A DNA stretch of 64,000 nt, taken from the NCBI GenBank assembly GCA_951406725.2, contig OX597815.1, positions 198,276,001-198,340,000 of the forward strand, read 5' to 3'. Shown here in pieces: positions 12,191 to 28,689 of this stretch. The notes under the pieces are model-generated. The model saw nothing but the letters and a program-made list of their open reading frames with translations, ran no database searches and was not told where the DNA came from. The position numbers were made by a program, and so were the translations under genes. The stretch comes from Octopus vulgaris (Eukaryota). Within the stretch, counting starts at the first letter, position 1; every line of letters begins with the position of its first letter.

Positions 12191-12955
12191 TATAAGTGTT
12201 TTAATTTGATCTTTATAAGCCTTGGCCTGTGATCTGCTGATGCAAATGCAGGGGGAAATGCTGTGTAGTTGAATTCTGGGAGAGAAACGTATTCGCATTT
12301 ATACACTTGCCTTCACACAATGCGATACGATAGCATATCAGGTTTGTAGAATTCTACCTTAATTATGATATCATCTCTGTTTTACAAGTGACATAAAGTG
12401 CTCTGTTCACACTCATTGGAACTGAACATAACTCCAGATAAAGAACTTTAATTATCATATGATATTTTAATATACACTTACTAGTCGTCGTTATTCAAAT
12501 ATCATTGAACACATTTCTTAATTCGTTTATGTTATAAGTATTTATGTATGTAGATGCGTATATATCTTCCAAGGAATCTAATGATCTTAGCTTAGTTTTT
12601 CCTTGAGGCTGGCCACATTGGAGCAATCTCAAGAATAATAAGCCGAAATTGCGAGGATAATCTGATGCTTGACTGAGGAAAGAAAACTTCGAATGATCTA
12701 TCCTTGTTTTCTTTGTAACGTCTATCTGGATGATTTTTTGTCCTTCTTGTATCAGCTAGCTGTCCAGACGTTTTGCGTTCTTGCCCCATTTTGTATTTTA
12801 TATATATATATATACATACATATATATATATACATACATATATATATATATGTGTGTGTGTGTGTGTATGTATGTATGTGTGTGTGTATGTATGTATGTA
12901 TGTATAGCGGAGTACGTACACCTTGCTCCTTTATATGTATGGGGGTAGGTATATA

Positions 12956-13055
12956 NNNNNNNNNNNNNNNNNNNNNNNNNNNNNNNNNNNNNNNNNNNNN
13001 NNNNNNNNNNNNNNNNNNNNNNNNNNNNNNNNNNNNNNNNNNNNNNNNNNNNNNN
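12956..13055. other. Assembly gap (100 N)
   Basis: Run of N. Confidence 1.
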
Positions 13056-15660
13056 GAATAGAATAATAAATATATCACGCAAATATTTCAAACATTTTTA
13101 GCCCTTAATATACTTTTCCATGTTTGTATTTCTATGCAATTACATCGAAATGCATTTCTATTTAATAAGACTATTAATAATAAAGAAACCTAAGTATATG
13201 CGCGCGAGCGTGGCCCCCTAGTAAGAAGCTTACTTGCCAGCCACAGGGTACTCGTGGTCAGTCTCATTGTGTGACACCTTAGGCGGGTATCTTCTACAAT
13301 AGCCTTGGGGTGAGTGGATTTGGTAAGCTGAAAATGAAATGCCATGGTGTATATATATGTGTGTGTGTGTATGTCTATGCGTGTGTGTGCGTGTGCGTAG
13401 ATTCATACGACTAACATCCCTTCAAGGTGGTGCCCCAGCCTGGTCGCAGTCTGATAACTGAAACAAATAAACGATAAAAGAAAGGGATAAAATACGGACA
13501 TCTGCAAAATGCATAAATTGATAATTGTTTTGGTTTACACTCAAGTCAATTATAGCCGTTCGGAATATGACATCAATCTTTTCATCTTCTATCCATTATG
13601 GAATATTTTTAGTGGAAGGGCCTCCTGTCGAAAATAATTTATATTTTTTTTAAGACACTAAGGGATAAATTGATAAAGATTTCCCTGTGCAACCACATGG
13701 TAGCATTTACCGTTACATCGAATGTCAGATAGATTTGATGAGTCACATCTCCATGGCTCTTACGAGAAGATACCTGTCAAAAATACATGAGAAAACAACA
13801 TGAGAAAATAAGCTGATTATTTATTTCATTAAAACTGTTATCAAAATAAAACACTTTAGGTAATTTTTCGTCAATCACTTCTAATTATTGACCCCATTAT
13901 CACACTGGGGAAATTAATGAATGTCACATAAATATTTCTTCTACACCCTGATCAGTTTAAAATCAAAAGTCATTCGTAGTGCAAAGTTAATACCGTACTT
14001 TGATAAATTACTCTTCTCATCAACAATTATCCGTAAAGCTAATAACACCAAAATTTTATATGAACTTTTTCATCGTTCAGGCGTTAAATCCTTAAAACGT
14101 GTTTCTTTATTTTCTGTGTTTTTATTATATCATTATTTCTTTTGGTTTCTAATAATATTTTTAAAGAAAATACAAGTGGTGTTTCCACACAATAAAGGGA
14201 CTACGTTATTTTATTTTATTCCCACTTCAATTTAATTAAAGGTGCATTCATGCAACCAAGATGCATGGATTTTAAACAGGTGAAAGCTTTGAACGACGTG
14301 TTATGTCATTATGGATTAAGATACATTAAATTCATTTGATTTACTTTTTCTTAGTTTTTCGTTTTTTTTTTGTTTTTTTCATGACAGTGATGTTAATTAT
14401 TTATCGTTGGAAGTAATTGCGAAAATTACCTTCAAGATTCTTGATCAAAATTTTGACATGGCTTTAAAAACTGTTATATTATTAATCATGGAAGTCAATT
14501 TTCGTTCATGAAGTGTTTGAGCCCTGCATAGTACTGACAGATAAAAAACACTTGCTCACTGTCATTAAATCAAACTCACTTCATGTTGAATTTCAGATAT
14601 TCCAGCTACGTAACGCTTCTTTGTTGATAGTTCTACGCTAATTGCTATAATTTTGTACATCACACGCAACAAAAATTGGAGCCTAGGCCTATGTGTTTAT
14701 CAGTGCAAATATCAATCTTGTTTTCTCTCATAACATTTAATGTTACAATAGATCCACTATTCATTTTTAAACGATAAAGAGTGGCTTCAAATGGCATAAA
14801 ATTTATTTTAACAATAGCTATTGATTCCAGACAGTAATATGTGCCTTAGGTAAACATTTGACTACTATTTGTAGCAACCCCTGCATCCTTGATTATTTTC
14901 TTCGTTTATCTCGTCGTAGCATCCAGCAGTTTACAATTATCCTATCGTTGCCCAAATTCAAACCAGTAGATATATGAGCAAATTTTGTACAGGTAGGACA
15001 CTCCTGTATCTTTAAAAGTAACTACAGACTTATTGTTCACTATGAACTTTCTTTGTATAGGTGCTGATTTTCTACATGTGACGCTTCTGTATATATTCTA
15101 AATTAATAATCAAAGTATTATTGATTATTTTAATTAGTATTGTATCAGGACATAAATTGCACCTGTGGAAGAAGAATCAGGCGTATATAAATTGTAGATA
15201 CATTGCAAAAGATCTTGTTTAGTTACAAGTCAATTTTAATGGTGATTTGATGCAATCGAAAAAAAATAATTGCAAAATATAACTGTGCTCTTTGTAGTTA
15301 TTTCAAGATCATATGTCAGTAGAGAACATCTTTGTGTAGACATCACGAATTCGAGGCTGGAAAAATAACTTCATGCCAAAATATTTCCTTAATAGATTTG
15401 ATAAATATAGAGGTAAATAAAACCCTTATTGGATAATTATCATCTTTTTTATGTCAGATAATATTTAACGCAAAAGCTAGACATTTCATTTCCTAGCCTA
15501 TTTGAAAGCAAGAAAAGATATTCAGTTATTGTACGCATATGAAAGTGAGTCGATAAATGAATGAACAATATATCTTGTAGCATCAAATTTATAGTTTGAC
15601 TTTAAATGCCAATTATTCCGTCTTTAAGCATATATATATATGTGTGTGTGTGTGAGTGTT

Positions 15661-16020
<360 letters not shown>

Positions 16021-16959
16021 CTGGTAAATACAATAAATAACCTAATGCGTTTCAAAACCTCACTGCTTCACTTTCCATAAGCCAGCCCCTTATTATTACG
16101 CAATGTAATAATATTTTATAAATATATTGATAATGATTCTGTACTGTCCTATTCATTTCGCATAATTTATTTAAATATTCAACGTTGTATAAGCCAGATA
16201 TATTGCTCTCTATTTGAACCATATATCATGGTGTTTATTTTTCATGGTAGCACAATTTTGACAAAGATTAACATATACAAAAGAACTTTGTTTTAAAAGA
16301 TACAATTTGAAAATGTGTGCATTCAAATTTGTTTCAAATACATAAAATATGTGTTGGTAAATCTATCAAGAAACTGGAATAAAATATGTTGACAGATTGT
16401 GAAAAAAAAAATGGAAGCAGTGACATATTTCTGTATATTTAATGAGAAGTATCGATTTGTTTAGAAAATAAGAAGAAAAGAGTTTAATAAATGATATATA
16501 TACTCTGCGCTCTGTACGTTATCAATAAAATCAGTGACATTGACAGAAGAAATATCTGTTTTATTTGCTAAATAACACAATGTTTTTAACTCAAAGTTAC
16601 GAAATACAATGTTCTATCAACAATTGTATGATAGTTTGAAATTTGCAGAGAAGCGTCAGCACGTCACAATATTTATTTCGATTTAGCGCAGTTCAATACT
16701 TCCCACTGTTCCATTGCCCAAGTCTAGACATCTAAATAAGTATTCTCTTGAAATACTGTTTTAACTGAATATAGTTGTTAATAAAATATTGCTTTACTTT
16801 TCTGAGTCACTTATTTATAATGCATAAAATTAGTTTATATGCTGTAAATTTAAAGATATATAGACTAATATCCGAAATATATTTAGAAAATTAAAGAAAG
16901 TAACATAATTATCTGAGGTTGCTTCAAAAAAGAAACATGAGAATACATACATACATACA

Positions 16960-17039
<80 letters not shown>

Positions 17040-17546
17040 TGTATATAGGTACTCGCCAGGAAAGAAAAGCGTACGCGACAGAAGGAAAAGAGAGTAGCAC
17101 CGGCACACTTCCTCTTCAAATACAGTCGCTGTATGCGTGACTGCCACTCCCGTGTAGGCTTCTGCAGTCATCACAGATGCTGCAACACCATCAGCCGTTG
17201 ACATGATTTCTTAAGGCGTTGATCCATGGCATCTCGAGACCGACCAGTGTGTGTGGGCACACGTGTGTTTGAATTTGTGTGTGTATATACACAAGAGCAA
17301 ACTCCACTTCGTAGAGTAAGTCGAAACGACTTTGAGCTTGATTGGTAATTATATTGTAATCCAAATGCAGCAGCAACAATTTTTGATGAATGTGGGTATC
17401 TGAAATTTAATGTAAAATATATAGCGGGAGAGTGAGCTCCTGCTTTGAAGGAGAAAGCGCGCAACGTCACCACCAACCTGCTGAAAGCATTGTGAAAACG
17501 AATGAAGTTATGTTCCCTTCTTCGGTTTGGTGATAGAGTAGGACCT

Positions 17547-17940
17547 GATGGAGGCGCAATGGCGCAGTGGTTAGGGCAGCAGACTCGCGGTCGGAGGATC
17601 GCGGTTTCGATTCCCAGACCGTGCAGTGTGAGTGTTTATTGAGGGAAAACATCTAAAGCTTCACGAGGCTCCGGCAGGGGGTGGTGGTGAGCCCTGCTGT
17701 ACTCTTTCACCACAACTTTCTCTCGCTCTTTCTTCCTGTTTCTCTTGTACCTGTATTTCAAAGGGCCAGCCTTGTCACATTCTGTGTGTCACGCTGAATC
17801 TCCTCGAGAACTACGTTAAGGGTACATGTGTCTGTGGAGTGCTCAGCCACACTTGCACGTTAATATCACGAGCAAGCTGTTCCGTTGAACGTATCAGCTG
17901 GGACCCTCATCGTCGCAACCGACGGACTGCTCCTATATAT
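17547..17940 (+). mobile_element. tRNA-derived SINE (family D) with a 14-bp TSD
   Basis: TGGCGCAGTGG A box and GGTTTCGATTCC B box; ATAGAGTAGGACCT is duplicated at 17533-17546 and 17941-17954. Confidence 0.85.
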
Positions 17941-19081
17941 ATAGAGTAGGACCTAGAGATTCAACCTCCGTTTATGGAATGCTGTTAAATAGTAATCAGC
18001 ACAGAAGATCATGGCACTGTTTCGTGGTGTGAAACGTGCGAATCTTTAATTGACGCGTTCAACATGTAGATACTACATGTGAATTTGCAAGTTCTCCACA
18101 TTCACCAAGATAAAGCCTGATTACTCGTACCATTGACAACTAATTGATCCTGCACTCTGATAATTGCGTCGCTCAATTTAACCCCATTCACCATCGAGCT
18201 CGGATATGCCATCTTCATAATTCCAGTTTGGCTGTTCACTGCAGAATATTTTTCAGAGACAGTGAATTAGTGACATTAATGAAGTAAAGCCGGGCGTGAG
18301 GAATACGGTAACTGTCACACCACAATTTATTGAACGATAGTGAACATGAATAGTTGTTATGCACTTTATATTTAGTAACATATTTGTGCTCACGAAGCAT
18401 TAGTCTAACAGTGTGTCAGACGTGAATGACGTATATCACTTCCTTATATAGATGTACCTAGTTTGGCATTACTTATATTAGGTTCTTTGAATATACAGGG
18501 AGCATCAGCTTTTGAGGCCATTTGTATGAATTTAGAAAATGATAGCTAGTTCATCAAAGAAAACGAGTTGGTACAATTCAACCATGAGAATGCTTTTATT
18601 AAGCCTATTCACCCTATCCAATGTTGGCATGAATGACTGCTTCATACGGAGTCGGAAGTTTTGATATGTTTGAATCAGATGGATCATTATCAATTCTGGA
18701 CTTCGTACTGATTATGGTGGACTTGAAGAGTAGTATGGTGTTATAGGGGTAATGATTGAATTCTCGCTCGACTACGCTCTATACGTAATAGACTAGAGGA
18801 TTACGGTCTGATGAGCTAGGAAGCCATGTGTATAGAACAAGCTGCGTTTGGCACTCATCCACACTTGGGTTGCCCTAACTTTTTGAGATAGCACAAGTTC
18901 TTGTTGGAAGATGTCAGCTATTCCTTGTGTACTCACTCACAAATTTCTCGAACACCACTGTATAGACAACAGTATTGGTGCTTAAAACATATTAAATAAA
19001 TGAGGTGGCACGATATCTCCTCGTTGATGAAGACTCCCACACCCATCAAAATTGCTAGGAAACAGCATATGCATATATGTT

Positions 19082-19127
<46 letters not shown>

Positions 19128-20026
19128 AGGGTTGGGCAAAATAAGGGAAACATCTGGCATCTTAGCATCATAATTTTGGAAATATCTATAAAACCGTCAG
19201 AACCTTGATTATTTTTATACTTTTTCATTCATTATTGGTGTTGCTTTATATTTTTTGCTAAAGTTGCTGTTTCCTTTCACATATCATCAGAAAAACGTAA
19301 TTAAAATTCATTTAATTGACAGATCCATCGAACTTTCAAAGAGGTCAAATTGTTGGTGCTTGTAACGCAAACAGTGTAAGGCAAACAGACGAAATGTTTG
19401 GTGTATCATGAAATACTGTCTCGAAAGTAATGACAGCTTATGAGAAAATGGGGGAAAACCTCCACGTCGAAATAAATCTCCGGAAGAACACCAAAACGTT
19501 CAGATAGGGAACGTCAGACTCTTACGCGAATAGTTAGAAAGGATCACAAAAGTAGAGCTCCCAAAATTACTGCAGAGCTTAATGACCTCGAAACCCCAGT
19601 TTCCACAAAATCTGTTCGCCGGGAGCTGCACGAAGCCGGATTTCACGGAAGGGCTGCAATCAGAAAACCATTACCTTCAAAAACAAAACGTTACAAAGCG
19701 TTTAAAGTGGAGTAAAAACCCACAGAATTGGTCCATAGAGCAGTGGTAGAATGATATTTTCTCGGACGAGTCATCCTATACCCTATTTCCGATCACCGAC
19801 CGAGTATACAAGTGGAGACAGTTAATAGAAGCATTTGGGGCAGACTGCCTTCTTCCGACTGTAATGCACCAATTCACACAGCTAATGTTGTTACTGAATG
19901 GCACGATGAACATTCTAGTGAATTTGAACATATTATCAGGCCACCTCAGACCCCAGATCTCAATATTATTGAAACTTTATAGTGCATAAAAACAAGTAAG
20001 GAGTTGATATCCTCCACCATCATCAC

Positions 20027-20097
<71 letters not shown>

Positions 20098-20099
<2 letters not shown>

Positions 20100-20827
20100 G
20101 TACCTCAACAGGCATGATAGAGCTGCACAATATATTCACTGGGTAATTTGCAAAAACCTGGATTTGCCCCATGAAAAAAACTGGTGGGAACACAATTCAC
20201 CTCCAGTGCTTGAAAATGACCAGATCTCACTCCTCTGGAACTTCACCATTCAAACTGACAGGAAGATAGATGCAAATAGGCCAGACATCATATTGAAAGA
20301 CTTCAGACAAAGAACATGCCTCCTCATTGATATGACTGTCCCAATCGATATAAACGTATCTGTCAAGACCTACCAAAAACTGAGCAAATATAAAGATCTT
20401 GAAATAGAAATCAGCAAAATGTGGAAGCTGAAGACTAAAACAATACCTGTTGTCATAGGTGTCCTGGGAATGATAGCGAAAGGGACTAATTGCTACCTAA
20501 CTCAGATACCAGGAAACCCCAAAATGGCAGAAATTCAAAAGATAGTGCTCATGGGAACTGCTCATATCCTACGCAAAATACTCTCTATGTAATCCCAAGG
20601 TTTAAAACAAACTTATTTTATCTATTTATTTATTTTATTTTATTTTATTTTATTCTTTTATTTTTTATTTTATTTTTATGTATTAGACATTCACTAGTAC
20701 AACACCAAAAAAACCCAGAAAAAACCCCCCAAATATATGGCACAGAACTTCCAACCTGTTGTCTCTTGAGGTCTCTGGGTGAGACTTGGAGCCAACTTGT
20801 ACAGACATAAAGCAAAAGTCAAACATA

Positions 20828-20828
<1 letters not shown>
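20098..20828 (+). mobile_element. 5'-truncated R4/Dong-type non-LTR retrotransposon (REL endonuclease + 3' UTR)
   Basis: RHD...RPDII...LIDMTVP...KLSKYKDL...IPVVIG; ORF ends at 20592; (TAA)n on both sides. Confidence 0.88.
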
Positions 20829-20870
<42 letters not shown>

Positions 20871-20875
<5 letters not shown>

Positions 20876-21008
20876 CATCGAAAAATATCTTAGAAATGAG
20901 AACCCAGGTTCAAAATTTCCCCAAGACTCTACATGAGGGCAAATATCCGTCAAATGTAAATAATGTAAAAAATTTACATAATTACTTATCTCTTAAATAT
21001 AGAACTGA
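20871..21008 (+). repeat. Internally deleted copy of the short element also present at 53251-53430
   Basis: Shares TTAG(G/A)AATGAGAA...AAATTTC..CAAGAC...AAATGTAAATAATGT...TATAGAACTG with the reverse complement of 53251-53430. Confidence 0.7.
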
Positions 21009-21142
21009 ATTCAGACGTTTTACGTGTCCATACCTCGTAGAACTCAAGCTGTAATTACGGCCAAAGACGGTCGTATCCCATATTAAAATTAATTTGTTTG
21101 AAATCTTAAGGTGTTTCCATTATTTTGTCCAACACCTATAAT

Positions 21143-21198
<56 letters not shown>

Positions 21199-21639
21199 CA
21201 TGTGTGTGTGTGCGAGTGTGTGTATGTATGTATGTATTCATGTTTGCATGTATGAATGTGTGCGTATATCTGTATGTGCGAGTGTAGGAGTGCTTGTTTG
21301 CATGATGTATGTGTACGGAGCGACAAAGATTGCAAGTGAAATACACTCTGATACGTAAATTTAGTATCATGGATTTGAAGATATCTTTTGTTTCATTACT
21401 TGAAAATACTTACTTCTTATTTTTCATAATTTCTCCGAAAATAAATGTTAATATTTAATATATTATGTGATTACCTCCTTGCTGAGTTGTGATATATATT
21501 ATAAATATTTACAATGAGAGTTTTGAGCATTTTTAAGGGTGTGAGTATGGTATCCAAGTGTCAAATTGCTATAAGAGGGACCACTTATCACATAACTAAG
21601 TGACAAATGCTGCGTTCAACATCCACACATTTTAAATAT

Positions 21640-23720
21640 CCAGTTAAATCTAGAGATTTTGGCGGAACTACCTCTATGACTTGTCGCTGCATTCGATTGC
21701 AGATAATAACTGATTTACAAGGCCGATGAAAGCTGGATGGCTGCACAAGAAAGAAATCCCCGGGACATGATCGTGTACCCCACGGGCTGTAGTTTCATAT
21801 GCCAGATTAAACTGGGTGCCTCATAGCAAATAGTTATTGCTACTTGCAGCAGAATCGGAACTCGTTCAGTCCTGCGAAACGACACGTGGGAAGGGTTTTA
21901 ATAATCTGTGTTCAGTAACTCTGATAAATTTTGAGCTGAAGATTTTGGTCAACGGGTAATGTTAAAGGTTACCAAATGTCCTCAGTACTCTGATGGGAGA
22001 AAGATCGAAATGCACCATCAGAAATATATACATACCCGGTAACTTCCAACTCCCGTGACACATTACACAAAAAGTGGGTCAGTAACATGGCATGGGTGAG
22101 TACTGCCGAATTTACATGAATCGAAATTTTTCGTCTTCTTTAACTATCCATATATGGCAATCGTTCTCACGATGCGTGGCTTCCGTACTGTCTTGAAAAG
22201 TTGGATCGTTGCAATACACGGTGAAATCTGCTCGGTGGCCAGAGTTAACAGTTACGTGTCTGATCATTAAGTACTGTGCGTACGGCCCATTAAGAGACTC
22301 CATTGTCGACAACGTTGTGAATGCTGGTGATTACGTCTTTACTGTGGTATTTAGAATTATTTGGTGCAAAGAATGTATATCAGAATATGCAGATGATGTC
22401 ACGGCAATAGTTTATCACCGATCACATCGAGTACAATCGCAATATCCTAAGTGAATACTAGGCGGTGACAGGAACAAAATTTTACGAGGTGAAGTCGTTA
22501 ACTACGCGACTCAGCACATAGTGAGACAGATTTATGCAACCAGCAACATTGCGTGGCACTGATAGAGGGACCGGTTAAGAAGATCGGGTTTTATTTTGAT
22601 ATAGGTGTACAAGAACTGGATTAAGGCAAGGAGCAGGCTGGCGAGACTCAGCCAGAAAGGGGCCCAGAAGAAATTATCCCTGGAGGATTGAACGGATATA
22701 GCGAATAGCGAATGCGTACTTTTTGTTCCTTTTCTATTGCCTAGCCGTCGTGAACTCCACTTCTTGGTTCACAAAAGTGGAATGACTGCTCTTCCACTTT
22801 CTTAGGAGTAGACAGACTTGTTCCACTGAGCAGATGTAGCTTTTGATGCCAATGCCAGTATCCGCTACGTGGACCACTGAGTATAACTTAGCTAATCACG
22901 CAAGACATGCACAGAGTCTATATCTTCAACACTTGACTTTGAAAATGCGAGGTCATCATTTGACAAACTACAACTCGTCTCCTTCACTGAGCTGTGAATA
23001 TACAACTAGTCTACATCAAAGCAAGACACTTGACATTTAGAATGTCGTCAATAATTGCAGTTCTCTGCCAGTAAGACAATACGTGATAAGGGCGTTTTAT
23101 AGGAGATTAGCTTCATCGAAAACTCTAGTCGTCAATGACAATCAACTGGTTGCTGTGTTCCAGAGAAACTTAGGTTCAGGGCGTATGAATTTTCAGAAAT
23201 TATTTGTCTGGACATCAGACATATCGTATTACTGGTTTGGGACAAATTCTACAGACACGTAGTTGTCGATAACCGAGCTTACAGGGGATGCGCACGGAGT
23301 GAGAAAGATGTTCGACTCTGATTCATGCTGGGTTTCAGCATTGCTCACTTGTCAAAGCATATTGGGCATAAAACAGATCTTGCTGCAAGTTGCCTCCATT
23401 TTCAGGATGCTCCCGCCGCTTACTTTTAGCTGGGATGGGTAGGCAGCGTCTCTGCAGGGTGACAATGCTGAAAGAGGATTTCTGATGAACATGAGTGAAA
23501 GGACTGAAAACTGACCCTTTCTTCCCCAGACAAGCCTTCATGAATGTTTTCCGGATGAATCTGAAAAGCAAGGTTATTTTGAGAGAGTGTTACTGCCCAC
23601 CAAGAAATCCGCTGAATGGTGGGTGACTGTGTTGAACATGGCACTAGTATGTGTGTGCCTACTCGAATCTGGCGCCTGAAGGATGGAGAGAACTGAAGCA
23701 GTCTGTATACTCCCAATCTT
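21640..23720 (+). mobile_element. Highly decayed L1/Tx1-clade LINE ORF2
   Basis: KSPG motif near 21754 and YADD at 22386; the downstream region resembles the Tx1-like remnant at 55.1-56.2 kb; boundaries are approximate. Confidence 0.6.
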
Positions 23721-25524
23721 TCCCTTTGTATTCAGAGTGAACTAGGTCGATTGAATTCTTTATTCACACCAGGATGAAGCAAGATTGTATGTAGCACGTA
23801 AATATGTCTGTAAGTATGTATGTATATATGTATGTATATTTATGCATCTATGTATATACGTATATACATAGCATAAGAAAAATTTTCGTTATAACTTTTA
23901 CATAGTCAAGAAATACCTTGTCACGCATGAGATCAAAATTAATCATTGTATCTGAGTAAATGCTGCAAAATAGCTGTTATATATAAGAAATACTTTTCAA
24001 AGTTTAGAATCTAAGCACTTGTTAATTGTGATTTGTTTCACATCTTAAGCTTTCCAATGACAAAAGAAACTAAGAATCAGTACTTAAAATAACAGCAAAC
24101 ATTGTGTCAGTAAATCAAAAGATTACCGTAGCATATGAAAACAAACGAGGGACACATTATGAGATAAAAGTCAGGTGAATTATCAGTAAGATGGAACGAT
24201 GTTCATTTGTCTCGCGTTTATATACTTGGCACATTAGTAACGAACTCCGTATCTATTTAACCCGGAGTTGAAAGAGTGCATTCAGTATCTTTTACTTATT
24301 GCTCTTTCAGTCTGATTATTAATTAATAAATGCACACATTATACTTTCTTTCTAATTTAGTAAAACCTAGAATTACTATCTGAGTGCAATATCGATAACT
24401 AACTCGGTAGCTCATACTAACAGAGAGATAATCAGTAATTATTTCGGCTGTGTTGATTATATGATAGCATACGCTCACTTTTCATTATTATTGTCAGTGC
24501 AGAATAACTGATTTGTAAATTTGAAAACCCTGTAATTCGCAACACGTATTTCTCAATTCATTTTAAAATACGAATAATGCATTTTTTCGATTTTAAGTTA
24601 GATTGTAGGCTTCCTTAACTTTTAATCTTCTTTTCCATTTTATGAATAATAATTCCTAAACTAGGAGTCAGTCTCCAAGTGTTATTGATTTTGTTACGAT
24701 CGATCCAGATAATGGTCTGTCAAATACAATATGATCTACATTTATGAAAGCATTTCCACACGTAAGACATGATAATAATGGATCTGTTCTAAATACTGCA
24801 ATCAATTTGAATGCAGGAATTTCTTTTGTTATGGCAGACAGCTATCTCCATTGATATTCGCAATTATATTAGTATGGATATACCATCACGGATGTGTAAT
24901 AGAAAACCCGAACACATTATTACATAAATTACTAAGAGATAACAACTACTGTCGCTGTCAACAGAGCCACATTAAATGAATCAGTAGACAACGATCTTCA
25001 TCTGTTACAAAGCAATGAAATTACTAAGCTCTCCCATACATTTTTTAAAAAGATTATTCGTTTTCAAAGATATATTCCTCGGAGAGAAGGCTGACATTTG
25101 TAGAGTGCAGTATGCCATTGTAACAGCATATTATACCTACTAAATTCTCTAAATATCTAAAAGGTTAAAACTTACAACGTTTGGAGAGAAACGGGAAATG
25201 GAATGTAGAAAGTGTAAAGGCCAGTGACATGCTAGTACTTTAATAGCAGTACGTAGAAACCTGAAGGTCACTTTCTCGGTAATATTCGATTAAAAGAAAA
25301 TGAAAGAAGAATCAGCGGGATGTAAACATTGCAAATTCCTCTTCTGCCTTGATACATTCGCTCTATGAATTTCTCTTTTTCATTTTTCATCGAATAAATA
25401 TTAATGCGTGTACTTCTATATAGCAATATATAGCGTTAAAATATGTCTGTGCGTGTGTGTGTGTGAAAGTGAGTGTATGTGTGTACATATAAATTATGTA
25501 TACACACACACATATATATATATA

Positions 25525-25576
<52 letters not shown>

Positions 25577-25590
25577 TGCCTCTCACGCAC

Positions 25591-25640
<50 letters not shown>

Positions 25641-25847
25641 GCACACTGTATATATTACCTTTTCACTTGTTTCTGTCATTTGACTGCGTCCAAGCTGGAG
25701 CACCACCTTGGACCATTTGGGTGAAACAAATCCACCCCAGGCCTTCTTTTAAAGTCCTAATGCTTATTCTATCTGGCTCTTTGGCCGAACAGCTACGTCA
25801 CAGGGATGTAGACATACCAACACACACTCGCACACAAACACACATGC

Positions 25848-26190
25848 ATCCCGCTCAAAAGGTCCCTGAATAAAGATTGTTTGAGGATGTTGAACGAACC
25901 ACCCGTGTTTCTAAAGGTGAATTATCCAAACCTCTAAGAATTACATTCAACACACGGCTATGATGCTCCCCCACTACTTCTGCTTGTGATCAGAGATGCA
26001 CATATCGTCAGCCACTAAGGGACATGGTCAACTGGTTAAGGTCAAACAACTGTCAAGCAAATCTGTGGTATTGAGCAGAATATTTGATGTAGCCCATCTT
26101 TTATACCAAGACAAAATAATGTACATAACACTTCCAATCACTTAAGATCAGAAACCATGAGATCCATTGCCTGGTACTGCATCACGGCGT
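25848..26190 (-). mobile_element. 5' part of an (AAT)n-associated non-coding interspersed element
   Basis: Reverse complement matches 54215-54513 and extends about 50 bp further 5'; abuts (ATT)n. Confidence 0.75.
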
Positions 26191-26218
26191 TTATTATTAT
26201 TATTATTATTATTATTAC

Positions 26219-28091
<1,873 letters not shown>

Positions 28092-28130
28092 CATTACTAC
28101 TACTACTACAACTACTACTACTACTACTGT

Positions 28131-28174
<44 letters not shown>

Positions 28175-28175
28175 T

Positions 28176-28450
28176 TAAAAACTCTCGGGTTGTTCTTTAC
28201 TTCAAACCAGGCAATAACAAATCACCAAAGGTTTCAATTACTGCCTTCTATGGCGACTCAACGTGAACATACTTTCCTTAGAATGCGAGCTGTCTTCTGG
28301 ATGACTTCGAGCCTAACACCAGTTCCAATATTCTTAATATCTTTTCAGGGCAGTTGGAAACTATACCTTATGCTCCAATTACCACCGGTATCACTATTAC
28401 TTTCCCCATGCCCCATAACTATCTCGTCCCTATGTGTCCTTAAATTGCTA
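28176..28450 (-). mobile_element. Old 3'-end fragment of a third R4/Dong-type subfamily
   Basis: Minus-strand translation gives VIPVVIGA*GIVS and IQKTARILRKV, like the C-termini of the other copies; its 3' end abuts (ACT/ATT)n. Confidence 0.6.
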
Positions 28451-28689
28451 TTAAAGTCCTAACCACACACGCACACACTCACTCACACACACACACACAT
28501 GCACACACACACACACACACGCATACACACGCGCGCGCACATTCGTTTTAACCCATTTAAACTGCAGCTATACATCAGATAACCTGGTGTTTTGCTCCAA
28601 AATCTAAATTTTGAATTTGTTTTCATTACAAAATTAAACCTCAGACAAAATCATCTTTTCGCTCCGGAATGCAACGTTGTTTTTTCTTT

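Larger units (their letters stand above)
19126..21138 (+). mobile_element. Decayed Tc1-like transposon with nested insertions
   Basis: Imperfect TIRs (CAAGGGTTGGGCAAAATAAGGGAAACA and reverse-complement TAGGTGTTGGACAAAATAATGGAAACA) flanked by TA; transposase remnants include RGQIVGA, ITAELN, IFSDES, NAPIHTA and PDLNIIE. Confidence 0.8.

Noticed and set aside
12590-12790. Possible hammerhead (TTGAGGC..GCCGAAA or CTGAGGAAAG..CTTCGAA) in an island next to (TA)n
   Set aside because: I could not build a complete core with stems I and III; a family consensus would be needed.
17049-17320. Relatively GC-rich unique stretch ending in GTAAGT, a possible exon
   Set aside because: There is no recognisable protein similarity or acceptor/partner exon; RNA-seq is needed.
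18808-18830. CTGATGA followed by a small hairpin
   Set aside because: There is no downstream GAAA, stem III or stem I partner.
26135-26185. Faint resemblance of the AAT-associated element's 5' end to U2 snRNA
   Set aside because: Only short, orientation-ambiguous matches, consistent with chance.
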